DNA of 64,000 nucleotides, taken from NCBI GenBank assembly GCA_030602565.1, contig JAUVZL010000003.1:4160-68159 (forward strand). The letters run 5' to 3'. Under the pieces are notes generated by a model. The model did not search any database. It was given only the letters and a program-made list of their open reading frames with translations, and was not told the DNA's origin. This document shows positions 20,718 to 30,887 of this stretch, piece by piece. Position numbers and translations under genes: made by a program. How positions within the stretch are numbered: position 1 is the stretch's first letter; each line of letters starts with the position of its first letter. Source of the stretch: Candidatus Stahliibacteriota bacterium (GTDB lineage Bacteria; Hydrothermota; Tepidihabitantia; SM23-42).

Positions 20718-20746
20718 ATTATACCCGAAATATCGGTACATGTCAA
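20718..20746 (-). promoter_or_regulatory. Consensus promoter TTGACA-17 nt-TATAAT for tRNA-Pro(TGG)
   Basis: Perfect hexamers immediately upstream of the tRNA 5-prime end. Confidence 0.6.
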
Positions 20747-20863
20747 CCCCCACACCTAATCGACCGTTTTCTACATGCGATATTTCGTAAGTCATCCGTG
20801 TTGTTCAAACATAAGCATTTGCTGATAGCACCAGCATAATGAAGGATTAGGTGTGGGGGTTTC

Positions 20864-20891
20864 TTGACACCTTGTATTTATTGTATATAAT
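20864..20891 (+). promoter_or_regulatory. Promoter TTGACA-16 nt-TATAAT; the -10 ends 5 nt before the ATG at 20897
   Basis: Divergent from the tRNA promoter; implies a leaderless or near-leaderless mRNA. Confidence 0.5.
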
Positions 20892-20896
20892 CTCCA

Positions 20897-21967
20897 ATGC
20901 GTATACTCATGCTCAGCGGCAAAGATGCACTAAAACGACAGATTAACAATATTCTGAACCTGGAAAAGGCAGTGCAAAAATACATTAAAAACAAACGAAT
21001 ACATCAGGTGATTTTCTTGTACTATGATAGAAAAAACCGGTTTAAGGTAAAAAAAACAAAAAAAGATGCACGATCAATCAGAAAATTTATCCAACAACTG
21101 GAAACAAAATGGGGCAATATCGACTGCTTGTTGATTCTGGGCGGCGATAAGGTAGTGCCTTTTTTTCGACTTAAAAACCCGTGTGATGACAACGATAAGA
21201 AAGTGCTGTCTGATAACCCATATGCATCACGGGATAATAATTTTCTTATCCCGGAACGTGTTTGTGCACGGCTCCCGGATAATAATGATGCCGGTTTTAT
21301 TATCGGACAATTGAAGAAATACAGCAAGGTTACGCTGAAGTCATTTGGTATAAGTACGAAAGTCTGGAAAAAGGCATCAGAGAATGTATACCAGCAAATC
21401 GGTAAGGTCAGAGATATGAAGGTTTCACCGCCGGTTAAAAGCAAGACATTCAAAGCTCGATGGCTCCAAAATAAGGACTTTTTATACTTCAACCTACACG
21501 GCAGTAAACTCTCAGCGAATTGGTACGGTCAAAAAGGTGGCAAATACCCGGTTGCCATCGGCTTAGAAAATATTAAAAAAGCATCAGGTGTGGTTGGGTG
21601 TGAAGCTTGTTATGGGGCATATATTTTGAACAAATCCCAAGAAAATGCAATGTCCCTCAAGCTTCTTGGTGAAAAAAGAATTTACGGATTTTGTGGTTCA
21701 ACGACAATTGCCTATGGACCAGTTGCCCCACCGTCGAGTGAGGCTGATCTCATGGTAAAATACTTTTTTGAATATGTGAACCAGGGTCTCACATTGGGTG
21801 AAAGCTTTAAGAATGCAAAGCTTGATTTTGCGCGGAAAGTGTTGAGACGTCAAGGGTTTTTAGATGACGATGACCAGAAGACGCTACTCCAGTTCGTCTT
21901 ATATGGTGATCCCACGTTTCGACTGGAGCACAAAATTTTTAAGAAAAAAGGGAAGAAGCAAAAATGA
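20897..21967 (+). CDS. Peptidase C25 (gingipain)-family-like clan CD cysteine peptidase domain protein without a signal peptide
   Basis: YFNLHGS...W (His motif), VGCEACYG (Cys motif) and C-terminal LYGDPTF, the same three motifs as in the 1057-aa C25 protein at 59858. Confidence 0.5.
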   Translation: MRILMLSGKDALKRQINNILNLEKAVQKYIKNKRIHQVIFLYYDRKNRFKVKKTKKDARSIRKFIQQLETKWGNIDCLLILGGDKVVPFFRLKNPCDDNDKKVLSDNPYASRDNNFLIPERVCARLPDNNDAGFIIGQLKKYSKVTLKSFGISTKVWKKASENVYQQIGKVRDMKVSPPVKSKTFKARWLQNKDFLYFNLHGSKLSANWYGQKGGKYPVAIGLENIKKASGVVGCEACYGAYILNKSQENAMSLKLLGEKRIYGFCGSTTIAYGPVAPPSSEADLMVKYFFEYVNQGLTLGESFKNAKLDFARKVLRRQGFLDDDDQKTLLQFVLYGDPTFRLEHKIFKKKGKKQK

Positions 21968-22242
21968 TTAATAAGAAAACAGTCAATAGAATAAAAAGGA
22001 TGGTTTCTAAACAATTCCCGGAGTTTAAAGGGATTGACCCGAAAATACTGGAGAGGAAAGTTAAGCCGCAGAGTGCAATCTACAGAAAACTGTTACTTGG
22101 TACACCGAAGATATTGGGAAAAGTCTTTCGATTGAAGTTCGAAAAGAAAGTGACAACTGTTGATGAGATGGAGATTGACCGGATTTTGACCGTGACCCTC
22201 AATGAGGCGGGTAAAATAATAAAGATAACTGAATCACGATGA
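21964..22242 (+). CDS. Hypothetical basic 92-aa protein overlapping both neighbours by 4 nt (ATGA)
   Basis: ATGA overlaps with the upstream C25-like gene and the downstream atpC. Confidence 0.45.
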   Translation: MINKKTVNRIKRMVSKQFPEFKGIDPKILERKVKPQSAIYRKLLLGTPKILGKVFRLKFEKKVTTVDEMEIDRILTVTLNEAGKIIKITESR

Positions 22243-23153
22243 TAACAGGAACTGACGATACAAGGTATGCATATGTAAATGGTATCATACGCGCACGCGA
22301 GGCTCGGTTACTGACGAAAAGTCATTTTGACCGACTCATCGCCAGTACCTTAAGCAATTTTGCGACAATACTATCAGATTCACCTTATATTGGGCATGAA
22401 GATGTTACCGCAGGTTTTGATTTGGAGGAGAATCAGATTGGGGATTTATTCAGAAAATACTGCCAGCACAGTGAGATCCAACAGTATATTGACTGGCCTC
22501 AGCAGATTCATAATATAAAGGTGAAATTGAAAGGGGGTAGTGATTCTTTACTTTATGCACAGCCCGGCACGGAAATCGAAGACTGGCCTGAAACTATTGA
22601 AGAGATTGAAAGATTTACGGTGGACAAAGACCCGTTTATACTCTCGGCAAACCTCGATAAAATTTTGTGCAAATACCTGTACCAAACTGCCCGGACAATG
22701 CCGTTTTTTAAAGGCTATTTTCAGATTTATTTTGACCTTGAAAATATCCGTAGTTTTTTTAGAGCACGTCACTTTGAAAACGCGCGCGAAATATTTAACC
22801 AGGTATTTATAGAATACGGCAGCCTTGGTCGAGAAATATTTGTCGATAATTTGACGAGTGGGTATGATGTACTGGGTAAAAATTTCTTTACAACACCTTA
22901 TGCTGGAGTAATGGATAAAGGAGGAGCATATTTTGAGCAAAATAGATCCTTTCTGAAACTGGAAAGGATGTGCGAAGAGCTGAGGTTAGAATTCTTGCGC
23001 CAGGCACGTAAGATGACTTTTGGCGTCGAACCATTGTTTACGTATTATCAATTTAAGCTTGCAGAAATAAAAAAACTGCGGCAAGTTTATTGGGGTAAGT
23101 TGAACGAAGTCCCGGTTGATGATTTGAAGGAGAGTATCCCTGATGTCTGGTAA
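22239..23153 (+). CDS. atpC: A/V-type ATPase subunit C
   Basis: YAYVNGIIRAREARLL N-terminal signature, 304 aa. Confidence 0.8.
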   Translation: MITGTDDTRYAYVNGIIRAREARLLTKSHFDRLIASTLSNFATILSDSPYIGHEDVTAGFDLEENQIGDLFRKYCQHSEIQQYIDWPQQIHNIKVKLKGGSDSLLYAQPGTEIEDWPETIEEIERFTVDKDPFILSANLDKILCKYLYQTARTMPFFKGYFQIYFDLENIRSFFRARHFENAREIFNQVFIEYGSLGREIFVDNLTSGYDVLGKNFFTTPYAGVMDKGGAYFEQNRSFLKLERMCEELRLEFLRQARKMTFGVEPLFTYYQFKLAEIKKLRQVYWGKLNEVPVDDLKESIPDVW

Positions 23154-23466
23154 AGCAATGGCAATAATCGGGCAAAGAGAAACAATAATGCCATTTCTGG
23201 CAACTGGGGCACATGTCGTCTATATTAAAGAGGGCGAAAGTGTTAATATTGTTGAGGAACTTGTTGCTCAAGGCTTCAAGATTATCTTTTTTACTGAAGA
23301 GTTTATCGATGAATTAGATAGTGTTTTGATGAAATACCGTAATCAAACCATTCCTTGTTTGATTCCCATCCCGACTGGAAGGGGTAAGACAAAACTTGCT
23401 ATTGAAAGGATAAGAGGTGTGATTAAAAAAGCTGTTGGAGTTGATGTCTTCTTGGAGGAAAAATGA
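23143..23466 (+). CDS. atpF: A/V-type ATPase subunit F
   Basis: 107 aa, IAVIGDRDT-like N-terminus ([12 protein letters not shown]); operon position. Confidence 0.7.
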   Translation: MSGKAMAIIGQRETIMPFLATGAHVVYIKEGESVNIVEELVAQGFKIIFFTEEFIDELDSVLMKYRNQTIPCLIPIPTGRGKTKLAIERIRGVIKKAVGVDVFLEEK

Positions 23467-25253
23467 GGAAAGGTGAAATTACCAAAGTATCAGGACCACT
23501 TGTTGTAGCGAAAGGCATGAAAGGCAGCAAGATGTACGATGTGGTTCGGGTGAGTGAAGAGCGTCTGGTCGGCGAAATAATCGGGCTTTCTGGCGATACC
23601 GCGTCAATTCAGGTATATGAGGAAACATCTGGTATTGGTCCTGGTGAGCCGGTTTACATAACTGACAAACCCCTCTTTGTTGAGCTTGGACCTGGTCTTA
23701 TTGAATCAATTTATGATGGTATTCAGCGACCTTTGGATATTATCAGAGATCAAACTGGTGATAATATTGCTCGTGGTGTGGAAATCCCTGCATTGGAACG
23801 CGACGTGAAGTGGGTGTTCAAGCCACTTGTTAAAAAAGGTGATGCAGTATCCAGTGGTGATATTATAGGTGAGGTGAAAGAGACCGTACTTGTTTTACAC
23901 AAGATAATGGTTCCGCATAATATCGAAGGCAAAATAAAGAACATTAAACAAGGTGAGTTCCTGGTAACTGATACGGTGTGTGAGATTGAGACCAAGGATG
24001 GGGTTGTTAAACTTACAATGATGCAGCATTGGCCAGTACGTTTACCGCGTCCTTATAAGAAGCGGCTTGCGCCATCACTCGTACTATCGACTGGGCAGCG
24101 GGTGATTGATACATTTTTTCCAATTGCTAAGGGTGGTACGGCTTGCTGTCCTGGTCCTTTTGGAAGCGGCAAGACTGTGATTCAACACCAATTAGCTAAA
24201 TGGGCAGATGCGGAGATAATAGTTTACATCGGGTGTGGTGAACGAGGTAATGAGATGACCGATGTGCTTATGGAATTCCCCGAGTTAAAGGATCACAGGT
24301 CCGGTGAATCACTGATGAAACGGACCGTACTGATCGCCAATACGTCGAATATGCCGGTCGCGGCACGAGAAGCTTCAGTTTATACTGGTATTACGATAGC
24401 TGAGTATTTTCGAGATATGGGGTATTCAGTGGCGGTTATGGCTGATTCAACATCGCGTTGGGCTGAAGCGATGAGAGAAATATCAGGTAGGTTAGAAGAG
24501 ATGCCCGGAGAAGAGGGGTACCCTGCTTATCTCAGTGCAAAAGTCAGTTCATTTTATGAAAGAGCAGGTAGGATCGAGGCAATTGGCAAACCAGACCGAG
24601 AAGGTGCCCTGAGTGTAATCGGTGCGGTATCGCCGCCAGGCGGAGATTTGTCTGACCCGGTTGTTCAGGCGACGCTGCGTGTTGTGAAGGTTTTCTGGAG
24701 TCTTGAGGATAGATTGGCATATCAGCGTCATTTCCCGGCGATTTCATGGTTAAACTCTTATTCTCTTTATATCGACGACATCAGTGAGGAATTGAATACG
24801 ACTATTGCAAAGGATTTTACAGATCTAACAAAGGAAGCCATGCGTCTCTTAGAACAGGAAGCTGAGCTTCAGGAGATCGTAAGGCTCATTGGGGTTGATG
24901 CTTTATCTCCAGAAGATCGCTTGATTCTCGAGGGCGCGAAGTCTATTCGCGAGGATTTCTTGCATCAAAATGCATTCCACGAAGTTGATACGTATGCTTC
25001 TCTTGAGAAACAATACAAAATGCTTGCGGTGTGTTTGTTTAACTACAATAAGGCAAAAGAGGCGTTATCACGCGGTGCTGCATTTAACGACATCATCAAA
25101 ATGAAAGTTCGAGAGAAAATATCGCGTATGCGGTACTTGTTAGAATCAGAGCTATCAATTATCGATCGGTTGCAGGATGAGGTGACAGAGGAATTCAAAA
25201 AACTCGCAAATCCAGGAGGAAGAAATGATAAAGGAATACAGCAGCATTCTTAA
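23463..25253 (+). CDS. atpA: A/V-type ATPase catalytic subunit A
   Basis: Walker [10 protein letters not shown], 596 aa, non-homologous insert region typical of A subunits. Confidence 0.9.
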   Translation: MRKGEITKVSGPLVVAKGMKGSKMYDVVRVSEERLVGEIIGLSGDTASIQVYEETSGIGPGEPVYITDKPLFVELGPGLIESIYDGIQRPLDIIRDQTGDNIARGVEIPALERDVKWVFKPLVKKGDAVSSGDIIGEVKETVLVLHKIMVPHNIEGKIKNIKQGEFLVTDTVCEIETKDGVVKLTMMQHWPVRLPRPYKKRLAPSLVLSTGQRVIDTFFPIAKGGTACCPGPFGSGKTVIQHQLAKWADAEIIVYIGCGERGNEMTDVLMEFPELKDHRSGESLMKRTVLIANTSNMPVAAREASVYTGITIAEYFRDMGYSVAVMADSTSRWAEAMREISGRLEEMPGEEGYPAYLSAKVSSFYERAGRIEAIGKPDREGALSVIGAVSPPGGDLSDPVVQATLRVVKVFWSLEDRLAYQRHFPAISWLNSYSLYIDDISEELNTTIAKDFTDLTKEAMRLLEQEAELQEIVRLIGVDALSPEDRLILEGAKSIREDFLHQNAFHEVDTYASLEKQYKMLAVCLFNYNKAKEALSRGAAFNDIIKMKVREKISRMRYLLESELSIIDRLQDEVTEEFKKLANPGGRNDKGIQQHS

Positions 25254-26613
25254 TGTATCCGGTCCACTCTTGCTTATTGAAGGTGTTGAAGGCGCAAAGT
25301 ATCAAGAATTGGTTGAAATCTACACACGAGATGGTGAAAAGAAACGTGGCAGGGTTCTGGAGGTAGATAAAGACAAGGCTTTGGTTCAGATTTTTGAAGG
25401 GTCCACAGGTATTGATGTACAGGATTGCCGTGTTAGATTTCTCGGTCGGACACTGCACATTGGTGTATCATCTGATATGTTAGGCAGGATCTTTGACGGA
25501 CTGGGTAGGCCTAAAGATGGTGGTCCTGAAATCATCCCTGAAGCAATGCTTGACATAAACGGCGCACCGATCAATCCAACTGCCCGGGATTACCCAAATG
25601 AATTTATCCAGACCGGGATTTCTTCAATCGATGGCATCAACACGTTGGTAAGAGGTCAAAAACTGCCGATCTTTTCAGGTTCTGGTTTACCCCACAACCG
25701 GGTTGCCGCTCAGATTGTGCGGCAGTCAAAGGTTCTTGGTGGTAAGGAGGAATTCGCAGTTGTGTTTGGCGCAATGGGCATCACTTTTGAAGAAGCGAAT
25801 TTCTTTATTCAGGATTTTACCAAATCAGGGGCATTGGAAAGAGTCGTGCTTTTCTTAAACCTGGCTGATGATCCGGCAATTGAACGTGTTTCCACACCCC
25901 GCGTTGCCTTCACCGTTGCCGAGTATCTTGCCTTTGAAAAAGGTTTGCACATCCTTGTTATCCTTTCTGATATGACTAATTATGCTGAGGCGCTCCGGGA
26001 AATATCTGCGGCGCGTAAGGAGATTCCAGGACGACGTGGCTATCCTGGGTATCTGTACACTGATTTGGCAAGTGTCTATGAACGTTCCGGCAGAATAAAG
26101 GGTAAGAAAGGCTCGATCACACTGATACCTATCCTTACGATGCCTGAGGATGACAAAACTCACCCGATACCGGATTTGACCGGTTACATAACTGAAGGTC
26201 AGGTAATTCTTTCAAGGTCGCTTTATCGAAAAAAGGTTACCCCGCCGATCGACGTGCAGCAGTCATTGTCCCGTCTAAAAGATAAAGGTATTGGTAAAGG
26301 TAAAACGCGTGAAGACCATGCTGATTTATTTAACCAGTTAATCGCGTGTTATGCACGAGGTAAAGAGGCTGCTGAACTATCCGTAATATTAGGTGAGGCA
26401 TCTCTGTCTGATTTAGATAGGATATTTCTTAAATTCTCAAACCAGTTTGAAGAACGTTATATTTCTCAAGGTGAAAAAGAGAATAGAACGATCGAGCAAA
26501 CTCTGGATCTTGGTTGGGAACTACTGCGTATGGTACCGCGAGCTGAAATGAAGAGAGTGAGGGATGAATACCTGGAGAGATACTATGACCACACAGATGA
26601 CACAGAAAAATAA
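25225..26613 (+). CDS. atpB: A/V-type ATPase subunit B
   Basis: 462 aa, a P-loop-containing A/B-family fold without a canonical Walker A, as expected for subunit B. Confidence 0.9.
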   Translation: MIKEYSSILNVSGPLLLIEGVEGAKYQELVEIYTRDGEKKRGRVLEVDKDKALVQIFEGSTGIDVQDCRVRFLGRTLHIGVSSDMLGRIFDGLGRPKDGGPEIIPEAMLDINGAPINPTARDYPNEFIQTGISSIDGINTLVRGQKLPIFSGSGLPHNRVAAQIVRQSKVLGGKEEFAVVFGAMGITFEEANFFIQDFTKSGALERVVLFLNLADDPAIERVSTPRVAFTVAEYLAFEKGLHILVILSDMTNYAEALREISAARKEIPGRRGYPGYLYTDLASVYERSGRIKGKKGSITLIPILTMPEDDKTHPIPDLTGYITEGQVILSRSLYRKKVTPPIDVQQSLSRLKDKGIGKGKTREDHADLFNQLIACYARGKEAAELSVILGEASLSDLDRIFLKFSNQFEERYISQGEKENRTIEQTLDLGWELLRMVPRAEMKRVRDEYLERYYDHTDDTEK

Positions 26614-26623
26614 GGATGCACAG

Positions 26624-27007
26624 ATGAACCACGATGATAATTTCCCCCACAAAGAGGTTACATACAACATTATCGGTATTGCTATGAGAATCCACAGGGA
26701 ATTGGGTTCTGGTTTCTTGGAAGCAGTCTATGAAGAAGCTTTGATCGCTGAATTTAATGAAAACAACATTTCTTACAGAAACCAAATCCCTCTCGAGATA
26801 CATTATAAAAGTACGAGGCTAAAGAAAAAGTATCGTGCTGATTTCGTAATAGATGGGAAAGTTCTTGTTGAAATAAAGAAAACAAAAGACCTTACTAAAA
26901 TAGATGAAATGCAAATGATAAACTATTTAAAGGCTTCGAACCTAAAAGTAGGGCTGTTATTGAATTTTGGTATGGGGAGCTTACAATGGAAAAGGATAAT
27001 ATATTGA
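26624..27007 (+). CDS. GxxExxY protein (PD-(D/E)xK nuclease-like), inserted between atpB and atpD
   Basis: GFLEAVYEEAL motif, about 127 aa, own AAGGA RBS. Confidence 0.7.
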   Translation: MNHDDNFPHKEVTYNIIGIAMRIHRELGSGFLEAVYEEALIAEFNENNISYRNQIPLEIHYKSTRLKKKYRADFVIDGKVLVEIKKTKDLTKIDEMQMINYLKASNLKVGLLLNFGMGSLQWKRIIY

Positions 27008-27053
27008 ATAATCTGAGTAATCGATTTATCACAAAATCTGTGGAATCAGTGCT

Positions 27054-27674
27054 ATGAAGCTGGATATTCCACCGACCAGGATGCAGTTGCTGCGTTTGAA
27101 GCGACGTGGTACAATTGCCCGGCGTGGCCATAAATTGCTCAAGGATAAACAGGATGAATTAATGCGCAGGATTCTTGAACTCGTTGGCAAAATACGGGAT
27201 TCCCGTTTAAAGATTGAACAGGAGTTGAAAAGCGCGTTTGGCTATTTCTACTTTGCTTCGAGTAAACAGTCTCCCAAAGCCACTGACGAAGCGCTTTTGG
27301 CAACGACCAAAGCTATTGATGTGGACTATACCACAGAACGTATTTTGAACTTGAAAATCCCCAAGTTTAAACAAACGATATCAGGTGGTTTGATCGGCTA
27401 TGGTTTCATGACCACATCAGGTGATTTGGATCTCGCCCTTTTGAAGATCGACCAGCTCATTTCGAGATTACTTGAGCTCGCCGAGCTGGAAAAAGCACTT
27501 GAGCTTCTTGCTACGGAAATTGAGAAAACCCGTAGGAGAGTTAATGCATTAGAATATATCCTAATACCGTCTATTTACGAGACGATCAAGTTTATTAAGC
27601 TGAAAATGTCAGAAATGGAACGGGGAGACCTCACTCGGCTTATGCGGGTAAAAGAGATAGTGAGGGGAAAATAA
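27054..27674 (+). CDS. atpD: A/V-type ATPase subunit D
   Basis: PTRMQLLRLKRRGTIARRGHKLLKDKQDELM signature, coiled-coil, 206 aa. Confidence 0.85.
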   Translation: MKLDIPPTRMQLLRLKRRGTIARRGHKLLKDKQDELMRRILELVGKIRDSRLKIEQELKSAFGYFYFASSKQSPKATDEALLATTKAIDVDYTTERILNLKIPKFKQTISGGLIGYGFMTTSGDLDLALLKIDQLISRLLELAELEKALELLATEIEKTRRRVNALEYILIPSIYETIKFIKLKMSEMERGDLTRLMRVKEIVRGK

Positions 27675-27745
27675 GAAGGCTCAAAGAGAGAGAAAAGAAT
27701 AAGAGAATAGAAGATTTTTTAGGTATTTTGGCATTTAGGCATTTA

Positions 27746-27785
27746 CCCAAGCCCGTTGCAAATGGGCTGGGTTTAGGTATTTGAT
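27746..27785 (+). terminator. Possible intrinsic terminator after atpD (AGCCC-loop-GGGCT then T-rich tract)
   Basis: Hairpin plus TTTAGGTATTTGATTT. Confidence 0.3.
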
Positions 27786-27802
27786 TTGTACAAGGAGGTA
27801 TC

Positions 27803-28033
27803 ATGATTGAAGGTTTAGTGAGTGTTTTGATATTGGCTTTCCTTACCTTAATCTTTGGTTTAATAAAAGATCTGCTTATTGTCATTATCCCACAGATTAT
27901 TTTAATCCTCGTAGTAATCTATCTCTTGGTCCGTGTACGCGTAAAAATCTCCAAAGCTGAAAAGGAAAAACTAAGAACCAAGATAGATGAATTGGAAGCA
28001 AAGATTGGGACTATAGGAACAAAGAAAGAGTAA
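27803..28033 (+). CDS. Small membrane protein (2 TM helices plus a charged coiled-coil tail)
   Basis: Strong AAGGAGGT RBS; not a proteolipid (no Gly-rich helices, no TM carboxylate). Confidence 0.5.
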   Translation: MIEGLVSVLILAFLTLIFGLIKDLLIVIIPQIILILVVIYLLVRVRVKISKAEKEKLRTKIDELEAKIGTIGTKKE

Positions 28034-28101
28034 CCAGAACTGAAAACATAGCAGCCGTGCTGTTATGATGTCCTTATGTTATACAATAAGGGTTTGATTT
28101 C

Positions 28102-29307
28102 ATGAAAAAACTCCTCGGGATTATTGTTTTTGTTATCATCGCCACCTTATCCTATATCTTGGTAAGTAAAGCCGTGTTCGTTTCTAATGAGTTGGGTCTT
28201 GGTTTGGCGTCAAGCATATTAGACCAAGAAAACAAGTGTTTTGATCGATCATATAAGCAGATTTCCGATTCTTTATTGTCAATATGGGATACTCTATTTA
28301 AGACATCAGGGGTTAGAGATAACCCCTTTGCGATGATGCTTTATTTCATTGAATATTTCAGAGCCATGGACCAAACAGATAGTGATGAGTGTTTTTCTCT
28401 CCACGAGATAATAGCTAATAATAACACTAATTTAGTAAGCTCAGTGATCGCAACGTGTGCCATCATGCAGAAAATGGGCTGGGATTTTCAGTCCTTTTTC
28501 AGTGAAAATGAATGTTACCTGGGCATTCATTTTACTGGAGATTGGCAGGTAAGAAAAGGCAATTGGGTTGAAAAAGATGGAAAGAGTTATTTCTTGAAAG
28601 AGTTTGATTATGAAACACCAATTGGTGAATTGAAGAACGATAACCCTGCTTCAACATATCAGTGCCTCAGGAGTTCTAAGGTGGATCTGGAGCCAATGCC
28701 TTTGGTTAATGGTCTCCCAGTATTTCACGGTCCGAGTAATGAAAAACACTTGGTGTGGTTTTATCAAGGTAAGAAGTATGCTGTTTCTGTTTGGATTCCT
28801 CAAGGACAAGCTGAATTTACCAGGAATCTACCGGCAAGCCTATTTGGTACTATTGCATCAGGGGTTTACGAATTCAGCAATATGGGCTTGATCGATAATT
28901 TGAAATATCTCGTAGAAGATTTTGAAGAATATGATAAAGTCAATTTCCTTTTTAAATTAAGTCAGTCAGAAAGCATTTTTGTTTACGATAATAAGAAGCC
29001 TATAAAAAGCGTTACCAATCAATTGATTGAAGGACATAATGACTGTGATGGCAGGAGTATTTTTCTTTATTGTTTACTTGACGCTGTTCTTGGCTATGAC
29101 AGTACAGATATAGTTTTTATCAACTGGACAAATCATCTGGCGATCGGGTTGAGACCCAGGACCAGAACAGCTGAAGAAATTTTAAAGGAACAAGATGCCG
29201 TATATGTCGGTGATAAATACTACATACTTGATCCTGCTTATGTTGGCGATACACATTGGGGCAGCAAGATGGAACGGCTCTCAGGTGAGTGTGAGATAAT
29301 TAAGTGA
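28102..29307 (+). CDS. Membrane-anchored protein with a transglutaminase-like Cys-His-Asp core (CDGRSIFLYC...NHLAIGL...YILDP)
   Basis: N-terminal TM segment; motif-level match to transglutaminase-like cysteine peptidases. Confidence 0.4.
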   Translation: MKKLLGIIVFVIIATLSYILVSKAVFVSNELGLGLASSILDQENKCFDRSYKQISDSLLSIWDTLFKTSGVRDNPFAMMLYFIEYFRAMDQTDSDECFSLHEIIANNNTNLVSSVIATCAIMQKMGWDFQSFFSENECYLGIHFTGDWQVRKGNWVEKDGKSYFLKEFDYETPIGELKNDNPASTYQCLRSSKVDLEPMPLVNGLPVFHGPSNEKHLVWFYQGKKYAVSVWIPQGQAEFTRNLPASLFGTIASGVYEFSNMGLIDNLKYLVEDFEEYDKVNFLFKLSQSESIFVYDNKKPIKSVTNQLIEGHNDCDGRSIFLYCLLDAVLGYDSTDIVFINWTNHLAIGLRPRTRTAEEILKEQDAVYVGDKYYILDPAYVGDTHWGSKMERLSGECEIIK

Positions 29308-29308
29308 T

Positions 29309-29517
29309 GGGGTCAACAGGCTGACCGAGAATTAGGAGTAGGGGCTTTAGCCCCGTCAAAAATTGTCGAAATATCAATCGGATTAACGAACCCCGTTTAA
29401 ATACTTATTCCAGTATACCAAAAACATTTTTCTATACCTTTATTTAACGGGGCGAGCCTAAAGGCTCTACTCCAAGAAATTTCGACATTCTCGATCAGCC
29501 TATCAAGATTTGACCCC
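29309..29517. mobile_element. MITE-like element, copy 1 (about-30-bp terminal inverted repeats GGGGTCAA..CAGGCTGACCGAGAAT / ATTCTCGATCAGCC..GATTTGACCCC)
   Basis: Same termini as the element at 40777-41001; fills the whole gap between two convergent genes; internal nested palindromes. Confidence 0.55.
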
Positions 29518-29519
29518 AA

Positions 29520-30887
29520 CTACTCAACTACCGGAGACCAGTCCGGGGCATTGGCAGCAATGCCGTCAGTTAATTTGCGCTCCCGGGAACCATCCCAGTT
29601 CATTGTATACAACTCATATATGCCGGTCCGGTTTGATGTAAAAACGATGTGTAAACCATCAGACGACCAGGACGGTTCTTCATTGTTCCCATCATAAGTC
29701 AAACGGACTGGTGAAAAATCATAAGGGTCAGTAACGTATATTTGTTGTGAATGGTCGTTCTCTCGGGAAACATAGGCGATTATGTCGCCGCGCGGGGACC
29801 AGGCTGGCGACGTATTATAGTCACCGTGGAACGTAAGCCGTCTCAGGTTGCCGCCATGAATATCCATCACATAGACCTGCGGATTGCCGGTTCGGTCTGA
29901 TACAAAGGCGATTTCCCGGCTGTTTGGTGAGAACGCAGGTGATGTATCAATCGCCCAGTTATAGGTAAGCCGATTTAGTTTCTTCGTAGCCAGGTCCAGG
30001 ATATATATTTCAGCATTACCGTCTTTTGTTAAACTCAGACAGATTTTCGAAGCATCAGGCGACCAGCAGGGGGCAAAATTCAAGCCCTTGAAGGAAGATA
30101 TGACCTTAATTTCTTTTCTAACTAAATCGAACAAGTAAATACATAAACGGTGCTTTGTGTGGGTTGAAAAAAGTATCCTTCTACTGTCTGGAGCCCAGGC
30201 TGGGAAAAGGTTTAAGCGACCGTTTTTTGTGAGCGGTGTGAAGTTAAAACCATCATAATCGACTATTGCTAATTCCTTGTTGTTACCAGTTCGGTAGGAG
30301 AACACTATCTTGGTTGAGGCGATGCCTTTTTCACCGATAATATATTCGACAACCTCGTCTGATATTTTGTGGGCAGTCTTGCGCAGTGCATCTTTGAGTG
30401 GGTAGCTTTGTTCGAAGATCACTTCATGGGATGCGAGATCCTCGCAGATAATGGAAAGCTGCGTCATGTCTGCTTTGCCCTTTAGGAGAATCCCCTGTTT
30501 ATTAGAATCGCTGAGTGCTGAAGTGTCGTGAAAGACATCGAAATAAAGGGAGTACTCAAGGTCCTTAGCTATAACGATTTCGACATTCTTAACTTTGGTC
30601 AGTAGTTCATAAGAAATCACCTGGGTGGTGAAAGGTTCAATTACGAGGTTAGTCTTGCCGCCCCCGTAGTCCGTAAGCCGGAGATAGATATCCTGACCAA
30701 GAGCAAGACCGTTGAATGCGAACAGTAAGAGAAACAACGTCATTACGAGGTGGGCGTGTAAATGTTTAGAAGATTCGAATTTGATGTTTTGAATTTGTTC
30801 CGTGAAACGAGGATCCTCGTTTTTCAGATCTGAAAAACGGGATTCAGGATTTCGTGCTTTGTATTTAGAGATTATATATAAATTCAC
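29520..30887 (-). CDS. tolB: Tol-Pal system beta-propeller protein TolB
   Basis: Repeated SP-x-WSPDG/AFSPN...I.F beta-propeller blades, N-terminal signal peptide. Confidence 0.85.
   Translation of the reverse strand: MNLYIISKYKARNPESRFSDLKNEDPRFTEQIQNIKFESSKHLHAHLVMTLFLLLFAFNGLALGQDIYLRLTDYGGGKTNLVIEPFTTQVISYELLTKVKNVEIVIAKDLEYSLYFDVFHDTSALSDSNKQGILLKGKADMTQLSIICEDLASHEVIFEQSYPLKDALRKTAHKISDEVVEYIIGEKGIASTKIVFSYRTGNNKELAIVDYDGFNFTPLTKNGRLNLFPAWAPDSRRILFSTHTKHRLCIYLFDLVRKEIKVISSFKGLNFAPCWSPDASKICLSLTKDGNAEIYILDLATKKLNRLTYNWAIDTSPAFSPNSREIAFVSDRTGNPQVYVMDIHGGNLRRLTFHGDYNTSPAWSPRGDIIAYVSRENDHSQQIYVTDPYDFSPVRLTYDGNNEEPSWSSDGLHIVFTSNRTGIYELYTMNWDGSRERKLTDGIAANAPDWSPVVE

Noticed and set aside
21964-22242. 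92-aa protein as V-ATPase subunit G/H or E
   Set aside because: No coiled-coil character and unlike G/E composition, so it is kept as an unknown gene overlapping atpC.
27803-28033. Small 2-TM protein after atpD as the missing V-ATPase proteolipid (subunit K)
   Set aside because: It has no Gly/Ala-rich helices and no conserved carboxylate in TM2, and carries a long charged coiled-coil tail. It is kept as a hypothetical membrane protein.
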